Shown here: in pieces, positions 24,680 to 32,000 of the stretch
Position numbering within the stretch: the first letter of the stretch is position 1
How the letters are laid out: every line of letters starts with the position of its first letter
Source: Pseudoalteromonas tetraodonis
GTDB lineage: Bacteria > Pseudomonadota > Gammaproteobacteria > Enterobacterales > Alteromonadaceae
Assembly: GCF_002310835.1 (NCBI RefSeq)
Contig: NZ_CP011042.1
Coordinates: 120,001-152,000 of the forward strand
DNA: 32,000 nucleotides
Direction of reading: 5' to 3'
Notes under the pieces: model-generated
Seen by the model: only the letters and a program-made list of their open reading frames with translations
Databases searched by the model: none
Told to the model about the DNA's origin: nothing
Position numbers and translations under genes: made by a program

Positions 24680-27208
24680 ATGTCAACATATCGTTTAAAC
24701 ACCTTGGCTGTAGCGGTTGCTTTTGCTTTCAGTGCACCAAGTATGGTTAATGCACAAGAAGCGCCTGCTAAAGCTGAAAAAAATATCGAACAAATATCTG
24801 TGTTAGGGTCGCGAGTTTCTAACCGAACAGCAACAGAGTCGTCATCACCTATTGATTTAATTGACGCGGATGATTTAAATAAAGGCGGCTTTACCGAGCT
24901 TGGGCAAAGCTTACAAGCGACAGCGCCATCGTTTAACTTTTCTCGTACACAAGTTTCTGACGGTTCCGATTTATTTCGCCCAGCAACATTACGCGGTTTA
25001 CAGCCAGATCAAACGCTGGTTTTAGTCAACGGTAAGCGCCGCCATAATCAATCTATTTTTGGTTTAACTAGTACCGTGGGCGGTGGCTCTGCGGGGACTG
25101 ATATGAATGCGATCCCGCTTATTGCCTTAAAAGGGGTTGAGGTTTTACGTGATGGTGCGGCGGCGCAGTACGGCTCAGATGCGATTGCGGGGGTTATCAA
25201 TTTATCACTTAATAACTCAACAGATTTAACCACAGGTTATGTGCAATACGGTGAAACGGCAGAAGGCGATGGGGAAACAATTTCTGCAGGTTTAAATCGT
25301 GGTTTTGAACTAGGCAACGAAGGTGGATTTATTAATTTATCGCTTGAGTATCGCGATGCAGATAAAACCAATCGTGCCGAGCGAGATACCGGTGGTTCAC
25401 TTAATGTCGCACCAGGTACTTTATCGGACGAAGTTCGTTGGGGACAAGGTAATGCAGAGAGTGAATTTACTTCGGTATTTTACAATATGGCATTGCCAAT
25501 GAGTGAGGGCGAGCTTTACTCATTTGGTGGTTATTCTGAGCGTACTGCACTAGGTAACGGCTTTTATCGTAACTTTAACGAAGCATCTAAAAACGTGATT
25601 CAAGTCTATAGCGATGGATTTTTACCGCAAATAGACAATGAAGCACAGGATATCTCTGTTTCAATCGGTTTTAGAGGTGATATTAACCCTGATTGGAATT
25701 ACGATGTATCGGCGGTATATGGTGAAAACCAATACGACTTTACCTCACGCAATACATTAAATGCCTCTTATGCTGCTGAGTATTTATTTAATAACCCAGG
25801 TGCAAGTGATGCCGATATTGCTGCAAATGCAGGACCAACTGAGGGGTATTCGGGTGGCTTTAGGTTTGACCAAACAACATTCAACGCGGATGTGAACGGG
25901 ATTGTTGATATTGGCCGCAGTGAGCCTGTGTACGTGTCAATTGGTGCTGAATACCGTAAAGAAAACTATGAAATTGTACCCGGTGAAGAAGCCTCATACG
26001 CGTGTGGCACTGCTAACACAGATACTTCATACCCATCTGTGAACGATCCGAATCAATTTGCACAATGTGGTTTTCAAGCTTACAACGGCCTTCGCCCTGA
26101 AGCATCAAATAAAAGTGATCGCGATAGCTACGCCGTTTATATTGACGCAGAAACCATGGTTACCGATGCGTGGAATGTTAGCGGTGCACTTCGTTACGAA
26201 GATTTCTCTAATGCGGGTGACGACATAATTGGTAAAGTAGCCACGCGTTATGAATTTAACGATGATTTTGCGGTACGTGGTGCATTATCAACGGGTTTTA
26301 GAGCGCCATCATTACAGCAAAGCGGTTACACTGCGTTTACCACTAACTTAGGTTCTGACGGCACGTTAAGCCAGTCGTTTACAGCAACAACGGGCTCAGC
26401 ATTTCCAGCTGCATTAGGCGTTGATAACTTAAAGCTTGAAACATCAACTAACTACAGTGCAGGCTTTGTTTATGATGTGACCAGTGATTTATCGTTAACG
26501 GTGGATTTTTACCGTGTAGAAATTGAAGACCGTATTACACTGGGCAGCTTGTTATCGGCTAATGATGTGGCATTTAGTCCTGATGCAGTTGCCGCGCTAC
26601 AGGCAACGGGTGCAGTACAAGCGAATTACTTTTCAAACTCAGTGAATTCGACAACGCAGGGTGTTGACATTATTGCGTCCTATCGCACCGATTTATATGA
26701 CGGTAATTTTTCTGCTACGTTTGCCGGTAATTTAAATGAAACTAAAATTGACAGTGTTAATGCAGCACCGGGTATTCCTGAAAATGTAGCACTTGATGAT
26801 ATCCAAAGTAGTTTTTTAACTGATGGGCAGCCGGGCGAACGTGCAACGCTTACGTTTGATTATGAGCGTGACGCGTATAGCTCAATGATCCGCTTTAATT
26901 ACTTTGGCGAAACCGATGTGAAGTACTTTGGTAATGACCATATTGAACTTGCAACAGATGGCTCATTTAAAGCAACCAGTACGGTAGAATCAGCCGTATT
27001 AGTGGATTTAAATGTAAGTTATCAAATTAACGATATGTTTGCTCTATCGGTAGGTGCAGACAATGTATTTGATGAAACACCGGATGAATTAGGCGATGAT
27101 GAAGTATTAAACGCTATTTCAAATGGGGCATTTAAATATCCGTTACGAGCCGTACCCTATGGCTTTGATGGTCGTACTTACTACGCAAAAGTAAGCTTTA
27201 GTTTTTAA
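24680..27208 (+). CDS. TonB-dependent outer-membrane receptor
   Basis: ORF track 24590..27208 begins at TTG. Met31 (ATG 24680) gives the signal peptide MSTYRLNTLAVAVAFAFSAPSMVNAQE. The plug reads IEQISVLGSR...LRGLQPDQTLVLVNGKRRH...IERVEVLRDGAAAQYGSDAIAGVINL. The C-terminus is YYAKVSFSF. Confidence 0.9.
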   Translation: MSTYRLNTLAVAVAFAFSAPSMVNAQEAPAKAEKNIEQISVLGSRVSNRTATESSSPIDLIDADDLNKGGFTELGQSLQATAPSFNFSRTQVSDGSDLFRPATLRGLQPDQTLVLVNGKRRHNQSIFGLTSTVGGGSAGTDMNAIPLIALKGVEVLRDGAAAQYGSDAIAGVINLSLNNSTDLTTGYVQYGETAEGDGETISAGLNRGFELGNEGGFINLSLEYRDADKTNRAERDTGGSLNVAPGTLSDEVRWGQGNAESEFTSVFYNMALPMSEGELYSFGGYSERTALGNGFYRNFNEASKNVIQVYSDGFLPQIDNEAQDISVSIGFRGDINPDWNYDVSAVYGENQYDFTSRNTLNASYAAEYLFNNPGASDADIAANAGPTEGYSGGFRFDQTTFNADVNGIVDIGRSEPVYVSIGAEYRKENYEIVPGEEASYACGTANTDTSYPSVNDPNQFAQCGFQAYNGLRPEASNKSDRDSYAVYIDAETMVTDAWNVSGALRYEDFSNAGDDIIGKVATRYEFNDDFAVRGALSTGFRAPSLQQSGYTAFTTNLGSDGTLSQSFTATTGSAFPAALGVDNLKLETSTNYSAGFVYDVTSDLSLTVDFYRVEIEDRITLGSLLSANDVAFSPDAVAALQATGAVQANYFSNSVNSTTQGVDIIASYRTDLYDGNFSATFAGNLNETKIDSVNAAPGIPENVALDDIQSSFLTDGQPGERATLTFDYERDAYSSMIRFNYFGETDVKYFGNDHIELATDGSFKATSTVESAVLVDLNVSYQINDMFALSVGADNVFDETPDELGDDEVLNAISNGAFKYPLRAVPYGFDGRTYYAKVSFSF

Positions 27209-27231
27209 TTTTTAGGTTAAGTTAAACCAGC

Positions 27232-27261
27232 AAAGGCGCCGTTTATAAAGGCGCTTTTTTT
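27232..27261 (+). terminator. Rho-independent terminator of the TonB-dependent receptor gene
   Basis: aaaggcgcc (27232-27240) / loop gtttataaa / ggcgc (27250-27254), followed by ttttttt. Confidence 0.7.
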
Positions 27262-27297
27262 ATGGCTAAAATATATTTAAAACAGCATTAAAAATGA

Positions 27298-27325
27298 TTG
27301 CATGCTTGAAAATTAAGCATACAAT
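27298..27325 (+). promoter_or_regulatory. Candidate sigma70 promoter for arfA
   Basis: TTGCAT (27298-27303), a 16-nt spacer, then TACAAT (27320-27325). It lies 67 nt upstream of the arfA ATG. The 14-bp perfect palindrome gggatatatatccc (27344-27357) lies in the leader. Confidence 0.35.
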
Positions 27326-27391
27326 CGCCATCAATAACACAGTGGGATATATATCCCTCGTTATACTCATTTTATTAATAGGAAAAAATAA

Positions 27392-27592
27392 ATGGCGAAA
27401 AAAAGCAAAGCAAAAGCGGTTAACAAATCCGCAGTAGACACTGGGCGCGGTGTGATAAAACACAACGCATTGGCAGCACTGGTAACCTCTAAAGTATTTA
27501 AACCGCAAGTGGTTAAAGCCAAAAAAGGCAAAGGCTCGTTTAAACGCAGTAACAAACATGCAGGACAAGAGTCCTATTTAATCGCGGCTTAA
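27392..27592 (+). CDS. arfA: Alternative ribosome-rescue factor A
   Basis: 66 aa. GVIKHNALAALVTSKVFKPQVVKAKKGKGSFKRSNKH aligns with E. coli ArfA [37 protein letters not shown] (recalled from memory). RBS agga is upstream. Confidence 0.85.
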   Translation: MAKKSKAKAVNKSAVDTGRGVIKHNALAALVTSKVFKPQVVKAKKGKGSFKRSNKHAGQESYLIAA

Positions 27593-27610
27593 ATAGCACC
27601 GATCAAATAG
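27574..27610 (+). promoter_or_regulatory. Hairpin spanning the arfA stop codon (candidate RNase III / non-stop mRNA element)
   Basis: ctatttaatcg (27574-27584) pairs with cgatcaaatag (27600-27610), 10 of 11 positions. The stop TAA (27590-27592) sits in the loop. A smaller hairpin aggac-aaga-gtcct lies just upstream. Confidence 0.4.
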
Positions 27611-27653
27611 GGATTTTGTTGCGAGTTAGCTAAGTGTTTGCTGAAATAAGGCG

Positions 27654-27835
27654 GGCTTCGGGCTTCGGGCTTCGAGCATAGAGCTATGCTTCATAATTTT
27701 AATCCTGGGGCGATGTAAAATCGCTGCTATCGGCCTATGTTTGGCTTTTTACTTCCTCTAAAGCGCAGCGCCTCATAACCTCTTTGTGAATAAATCAGTT
27801 AGAAGATGTTTGCACAAAGAGAAGAGAATGAGGAG
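27654..27835 (+). repeat. Intergenic structured repeat, copy C, with a 5' heptamer array (ggcttcg x3)
   Basis: ggcttcg|ggcttcg|ggcttcg|agc (27654-27677). Then aattttaatcctggggcgatgtaaaatcgctgctatcgg...ggctttttacttcctctaaagcgcagcgcctcataacctctttgtgaataaatcagttagaagatgtttgcacaaagagaagagaatgaggag. Confidence 0.75.
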
Positions 27836-27887
27836 AAAATGAGCAGACAAAAAATACGGACTTTTGATTGTATGCATCTAATTATAC

Positions 27888-28033
27888 TTAATAATTTTAA
27901 TTCTGACGCGATATAAAATCGCTGTTACCGCTTTATATATGGCTTTATATTTCCTCTTTCAGCGCAGCGTCTCATAACCTCTTTGTAAATAAATCACTTA
28001 AAACATGTTTGCACAAAGAAAAGTGAGTGAGGG
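27888..28033 (+). repeat. Intergenic structured repeat, copy D (tandem with C, offset about 198 bp)
   Basis: aattttaattctgacgcgatataaaatcgctgttaccg...ggctttatatttcctctttcagcgcagcgtctcataacctctttgtaaataaatcacttaaaacatgtttgcacaaagaaaagtgagtgaggg. Confidence 0.75.
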
Positions 28034-28100
28034 TTAATGTGAAAATATAAAAACAGGAATGCTCTTCCCGTAGCTCTTAGCTCGCTATCAAAACATGAAG

Positions 28101-28129
28101 GGCGCGGTAGGTTTTAAACCTATCGCGCC
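28101..28129. terminator. Strong 13-bp-stem hairpin immediately downstream of the Grx-MauE gene, with a T-run on the plus-strand side
   Basis: ggcgcggtaggtt (28101-28113) / loop tta / aacctatcgcgcc (28117-28129) with one G-U pair. It is followed by tttttatt on the plus strand, and by cttcatgtttt when read on the minus strand. Confidence 0.6.
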
Positions 28130-28135
28130 TTTTTA

Positions 28136-28861
28136 TTATTTAACTAGCATCCAGATACCGGCTGCTATCATAAATAGGTTTTCGGTTAGTGAAATAAAGC
28201 CAAGCGGTACATTGCTATCGCCGCCAACACAGGCACATTTAAGTTCGCGTTTGTCTATATACACGGCTTTAATCACGGATATTGCGCCGACACTACCAAT
28301 CAACAAAGAGATAGGTGCAACCAAGTAAACCGGAAGTGCTGCAATCATGGCCACGCCAACAAAGGCTTCTAAAAATGGATATACATAAGCGTAAGGAATC
28401 ACTTTCATGGCAAGTAAGTCGTAAGTGATAAAGGAATTTGAAAAACTGTTTAAATCTTGCAGCTTTTGAATGGCCAGTACCGCCATGGTTAATGCCACGA
28501 AAAGCTCAAGTGTATACATGCTTAGCCCTGCACCACTTAACGAAAAAGCTAAACTGAGCAACAAGGTAACCGCAAAAATCGCTATCACAGGGGTATAGGT
28601 TGTACCTTGCTGACCGGCAGGCGATTTATTAAAGAAACTTCTAAGCTCATCGTAGCCACCGATGCGCTTATCATCTATAAACGTTTGTGGTGTTGTTTCT
28701 ACGTCGTGTTGCTGTTTAAACGCATCGGTTTGCGCTCTTGAGGTGAGTAAGTGATCGTTTACTTCAAAGCCTTGACGTTCAAGTAAATCTTTAGATTTTA
28801 AACCAAATGGGCAAATATGTTCATCGGTTGCCATTCTATACAATTGGGCTGACTTGGCCAT
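28136..28861 (-). CDS. Glutaredoxin-like domain fused to a MauE/DoxX-type membrane domain
   Basis: 241 aa. The N-terminus YRMATDEHICPFGLKSKDLL...TPQTFIDDKRIGGYDEL has a glutaredoxin/GST-N fold pattern. Four or five TM helices follow, with the KCACVGG motif typical of MauE-like proteins. Confidence 0.7.
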   Translation of the reverse strand: MAKSAQLYRMATDEHICPFGLKSKDLLERQGFEVNDHLLTSRAQTDAFKQQHDVETTPQTFIDDKRIGGYDELRSFFNKSPAGQQGTTYTPVIAIFAVTLLLSLAFSLSGAGLSMYTLELFVALTMAVLAIQKLQDLNSFSNSFITYDLLAMKVIPYAYVYPFLEAFVGVAMIAALPVYLVAPISLLIGSVGAISVIKAVYIDKRELKCACVGGDSNVPLGFISLTENLFMIAAGIWMLVK

Positions 28862-29067
28862 ATTTTACTCCTGTATATTTATACCAATTTGCAATAATAC
28901 TTAATCATTTTGAGGGGGCAAACCAGACGCTCACAGACGTTAAAAACGTCTCATTTAGAACAACTCAATAACGAAATTTTTTGCCTTGCTATCGACACGA
29001 TTTTCCTCCCTCAAAATAGCTCAGTTAATTAAGCGAATTGGTATTGGAAAGGTTAACTGAGTTATAT

Positions 29068-29094
29068 AACCTTGAAAGATCAACAGGCCCTAAG
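29068..29094. repeat. Solo copy of the MITE terminal repeat
   Basis: aaccttgaaagatcaacaggccctaag compared with aaccttgaaaggtcaacagaccctag at 9151-9176. There are two substitutions and one extra a. I found no matching opposite end nearby. Confidence 0.45.
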
Positions 29095-29224
29095 TGTAAA
29101 ATTTACAACATGTGCCGTTTTATTGTTAATAAACTCAGTGGTACAGGCTATACGTTCAAAAATCAAGCCGCTTTTAATGCTTTAAGCGCTGAAGGGGGAC
29201 TTGCAGCGCGTGCCAGCTAATTAA

Positions 29225-30247
29225 TTATAAAGCTATGGGAGGGGCTGTTGAATCTCTGACAACCAGTTCTGGTGTGTATAGTTTAATAATATCGCGGTCA
29301 TTGCCATTACGAATTTGCGCTATCAGTAAGCTGGCTGCATCTTCAGCAATTTTATTATTTGGCTGATGCGCTGTAGTGAGCTTTGGCCATGTTTGGCGTG
29401 AGAATGGGCTATCCTCAAACCCTGTAATAGAAAGCTCGCTGGGTATATCAATGTTCATTAATCTGGCTGCAAATAACGCACCGGCGGCTATTTCATCGTT
29501 ACATGAGACGATAGCGGTTGGCCTGTTTTGTTGATTAATGAGTGTTTTAGCACCCTCAACCCCGGATTCAAATGAGTATTCGCCATCAATAATTAAGCTA
29601 GGGTCTATAGTAATGTCGTATTGTTTTAAAGCCGCTTTGTAGCCCTCTAAGCGCTCTTTGGTGGAGTTATGTTCGCTGCCCCCAGCTAAAAAGCCGATGC
29701 GTGTGTGGCCATTATTTATAAGGTGTTCGGTAATTGATTTAGAGGCGAGGTTATCGTCAATCATAATACAGGGCGTTAATGTATCGGGGGCGTCGTGCCC
29801 CGATAAAATACGCACAACTTTTAGGTCAAGCTGTGTCAGCTTTTCAACAAAATGTGGCATCTCTGAAAATGGCGGCGTGAGTAAAATACCGGCAATTCGG
29901 GTGCGTTTTATCATGCTGGTTATTTCGTCAATAATATGTGCTTCTTTGGCATCGCATGGGTGGATAAGTAGTTCAAACCCTTGCTTTTTACACGTATCTA
30001 AAATGCCGTTTTGCATATCTATAATATAGTAGGCATTTGGATTGTCGTAAATGTAAGCAATGCTGTAAGCTTTTGTTCCTGCGAGACTTCTTGCAGCAAG
30101 GTTAGGCTGAAAGTTCAACTTTTTAACCGACGCCATGACTTTCTCACGGGTGTTGTCACGCACCGAGGTTTCGTTATTTATTACTCGTGATACCGTTTTT
30201 ATTGATACCCCGGCATCTTTTGCCACGTCGTTTATTGTTGTTCTCAT
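29225..30247 (-). CDS. LacI-family transcriptional regulator (NagR-like by context)
   Basis: 340 aa. The N-terminal HTH is TINDVAKDAGVSIKTVSRVINN, followed by a periplasmic-binding-protein-like sugar-binding core. It is divergent from the chitobiase gene. Confidence 0.9.
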   Translation of the reverse strand: MRTTINDVAKDAGVSIKTVSRVINNETSVRDNTREKVMASVKKLNFQPNLAARSLAGTKAYSIAYIYDNPNAYYIIDMQNGILDTCKKQGFELLIHPCDAKEAHIIDEITSMIKRTRIAGILLTPPFSEMPHFVEKLTQLDLKVVRILSGHDAPDTLTPCIMIDDNLASKSITEHLINNGHTRIGFLAGGSEHNSTKERLEGYKAALKQYDITIDPSLIIDGEYSFESGVEGAKTLINQQNRPTAIVSCNDEIAAGALFAARLMNIDIPSELSITGFEDSPFSRQTWPKLTTAHQPNNKIAEDAASLLIAQIRNGNDRDIIKLYTPELVVRDSTAPPIAL

Positions 30248-30570
30248 AGGCTTAATAGACCTTTACATATCATTTTGGGTACTAATTTATCTTTATCGGT
30301 TAACAACTACAGCAAAAGCAGTTAACAGTGCTCGGTTTTTATTATTTGACGGCTAAATTATAAAGACATCATTGAATATTAACAGTTAATTTATACGCCT
30401 TTCTTGTGAGAATGGTAGATAAAGTTTTAGGTAATAATTTAGTCATATTTAAATTTAATTTAAATACAATAGTTTAAAAGAATATTAAGCACATACATGT
30501 AAATTTTTTGTATCTTTTTTGCCCTTCTGTGTAGCTATAAAAGAAAAAAAAGGATACATTAACAACTTAA

Positions 30571-30584
30571 TGACAGCGTTGTCA
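30571..30584. promoter_or_regulatory. Candidate LacI-family (NagR-type) operator
   Basis: TGACAgCGtTGTCA matches 12 of 14 palindromic positions and has the central CG characteristic of LacI-family operators. It lies 173 nt upstream of the chitobiase ATG, in the divergent intergenic region. Confidence 0.55.
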
Positions 30585-30756
30585 TAAATTGGTGCGCGCT
30601 GTTAATTATTATTTAAACCCTAGGGTAGCGGATTGTGTGCGCTAAGGTGGCAATTGCTAGATGTGAATAGTGATTGATTTAAAAGCGGGATTAATTTAAG
30701 TATCTGAAAGAGATACTTGAGTGACTAAGTTAATAACAATAGAGGGAAAGTAGCGA

Positions 30757-32000
30757 ATGAAGATTAAATCATTACTGACAGCATGCTGCTTAGCACTGGG
30801 TTTGAGTGCGTGTCAGGGCAATGTTGATGAACAAAATACGGTATCGGTTCAGCTAAGCCCTGCAAACGATAGCGCCGTAGAGTTACTTGCTAAAACCTTA
30901 CAAATAAAATATCAGCAGGTTGATAACCGTCCATCAGCACAGTGCGATCCAGATATAGAAAACGGTCACTGTTTTAAAGCGTATTTACATTTAACCGCCA
31001 ACTCGGCGATTAACTTTGACCAATGGAAAATTTACTTTAGTCAAATTACACCTATTCAAACGGCGGTTAGCGATGAATTTACTATTAAACGTGTTAATGG
31101 CGATATTCATGTCATTGAGCTTAAAGACGGGTTTACTGGCTTTAAAGCGGGTGAGACTAAAACGATTACTTTTTATGCGCACTTTTGGTCATTATCGCAA
31201 AGCGACGCAATTCCTAATTATATAGTTGTTAATAATAATGACACCGCTAAAGTGATTGAAAGCACAAAACCTAAAATTGACCCAGAGACAGGGTTAGAGG
31301 TGTTGCCACATGTTATGCCTTACACCGATTATGAACGTCAGTTTAAACGTACCGCGAATGATAAAACGCAGTGGCTTAGCGCTGAGCGCTTGTTTGAGCG
31401 CAATGAAAAATATGACTTTTCTGCTTATTTAACGTCGCAAAATCAAGTGAGCAATGTGATTGCTCAACAAATTATTCCGTCCCCACGTTTTAGCGAATTT
31501 AGCCAAACTCAAACGCTAGATATAAGCCAAGGGCTTAATATTAACTACTCAGGAATAGATAAAACACACTTATCTGCCGCAACACAAAGGTTAGCACTAC
31601 TAGGTATTAATATAAGCGATGATGCAGCGGCCATTAAGGTCACACTTAATACAGTAACTAAAAATGATGAATTTGAAGGCAGCTATAAGTTAGCGATTAA
31701 AGCTGATGAAATTGTGATTAATGCCGCTGATGAAGCGGGCATTTTTTATGCTTTGCAAAGCTTAGCGAGTTTGTATCAGGTTAACAGTAATATGTTACCT
31801 GTGGGAGAAGTAATTGATGCACCGCATTATCAGTTTAGAGGTGTGTTGGTGGATGTTGCGCGTAACTTTCGCGACAAAGGCTTTATTTTAAAGCTGCTTG
31901 ATCAAATGGCGGCTTATAAACTTAATAAGCTGCATTTACATTTAGGTGATGATGAAGGTTGGCGTATAGAAATCCCATCACTTCCTGAACTTACGGATAT
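30757..32000 (+). CDS. chb: Chitobiase / beta-N-acetylhexosaminidase (GH20) lipoprotein. Only the N-terminal 414 aa are present; the gene continues off the right edge.
   Basis: Absent from the ORF track because it is open-ended. My translation is MKIKSLLTACCLALGLSACQG (lipobox)...CFKAYLHLTANSAINFDQWKIYFSQITPI...INGDIHVIELKDGF (chitobiase N-terminal CHB_HEX-like domain)...HYQFRGVLVDVARNFRDKGFILKLLDQMAAYKLNKLHLHLGDDEGWRIEIPSLPELTD (GH20 catalytic-domain start). RBS is gaggg. Confidence 0.9.
   Translation, partial: MKIKSLLTACCLALGLSACQGNVDEQNTVSVQLSPANDSAVELLAKTLQIKYQQVDNRPSAQCDPDIENGHCFKAYLHLTANSAINFDQWKIYFSQITPIQTAVSDEFTIKRVNGDIHVIELKDGFTGFKAGETKTITFYAHFWSLSQSDAIPNYIVVNNNDTAKVIESTKPKIDPETGLEVLPHVMPYTDYERQFKRTANDKTQWLSAERLFERNEKYDFSAYLTSQNQVSNVIAQQIIPSPRFSEFSQTQTLDISQGLNINYSGIDKTHLSAATQRLALLGINISDDAAAIKVTLNTVTKNDEFEGSYKLAIKADEIVINAADEAGIFYALQSLASLYQVNSNMLPVGEVIDAPHYQFRGVLVDVARNFRDKGFILKLLDQMAAYKLNKLHLHLGDDEGWRIEIPSLPELTD

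Noticed and set aside
27266-27568. Two minus-strand ORFs (100 aa and 62 aa) antisense to arfA.
   Set aside because: The plus-strand 66-aa ORF has strong ArfA similarity and an RBS. The antisense products are hydrophobic, low-information sequences.
29038-29220. 60-aa plus-strand ORF between the Grx-MauE and LacI genes.
   Set aside because: It has a TTG start and no RBS, spans the solo MITE terminus and has no recognisable features.
30591-30618. ggtgcgcgctgttaattattatttaaac noticed as dif-like (XerC/D site) because of the GGTGCGC start.
   Set aside because: Only about 16 of 28 positions match the E. coli dif consensus as I recall it. The central region and the XerD arm do not fit, and the location in a promoter region is implausible.

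Overview
32-kb chromosomal segment of a roughly 40% GC gammaproteobacterium. The gene content (chitobiase with a LacI/NagR-type regulator, a TonB-dependent receptor, many c-di-GMP signalling proteins) and the intergenic repeat families look like a marine Alteromonadales/Pseudoalteromonas-type genome; this is inference only. I can support 23 intact protein-coding genes and one frameshifted gene. Two of the intact genes run off the window edges and are absent from the ORF track. I saw no rRNA, tRNA, CRISPR array, integrase or transposase. Main points follow. (1) 16.4-24.2 kb is a dense signalling locus. A FIST (NosP-like) sensor is translationally coupled to a GAF histidine kinase and followed by a REC protein with a degenerate HD-GYP domain. 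A divergent operon encodes REC-degenerate GGDEF-EAL (split by a 1-nt frameshift) and REC-HDOD. This is my best candidate for an uncharacterised system. (2) A hipBA toxin-antitoxin cassette is bracketed by a 48-nt direct repeat of its own operator-like leader. Outside that it is bracketed by inverted copies of a structured intergenic repeat carrying heptamer microsatellites. The same repeat family occurs twice in tandem downstream of arfA. (3) A 268-bp MITE-like element with perfect 18-bp terminal inverted repeats and a TA duplication sits exactly on the dgt stop codon. (4) The left edge carries a PLD-nuclease/SF2-helicase fusion next to an AT-rich lipoprotein gene, possibly the edge of an accessory or defence island. 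All domain calls come from reading motifs in the translations by eye; no database search was run.
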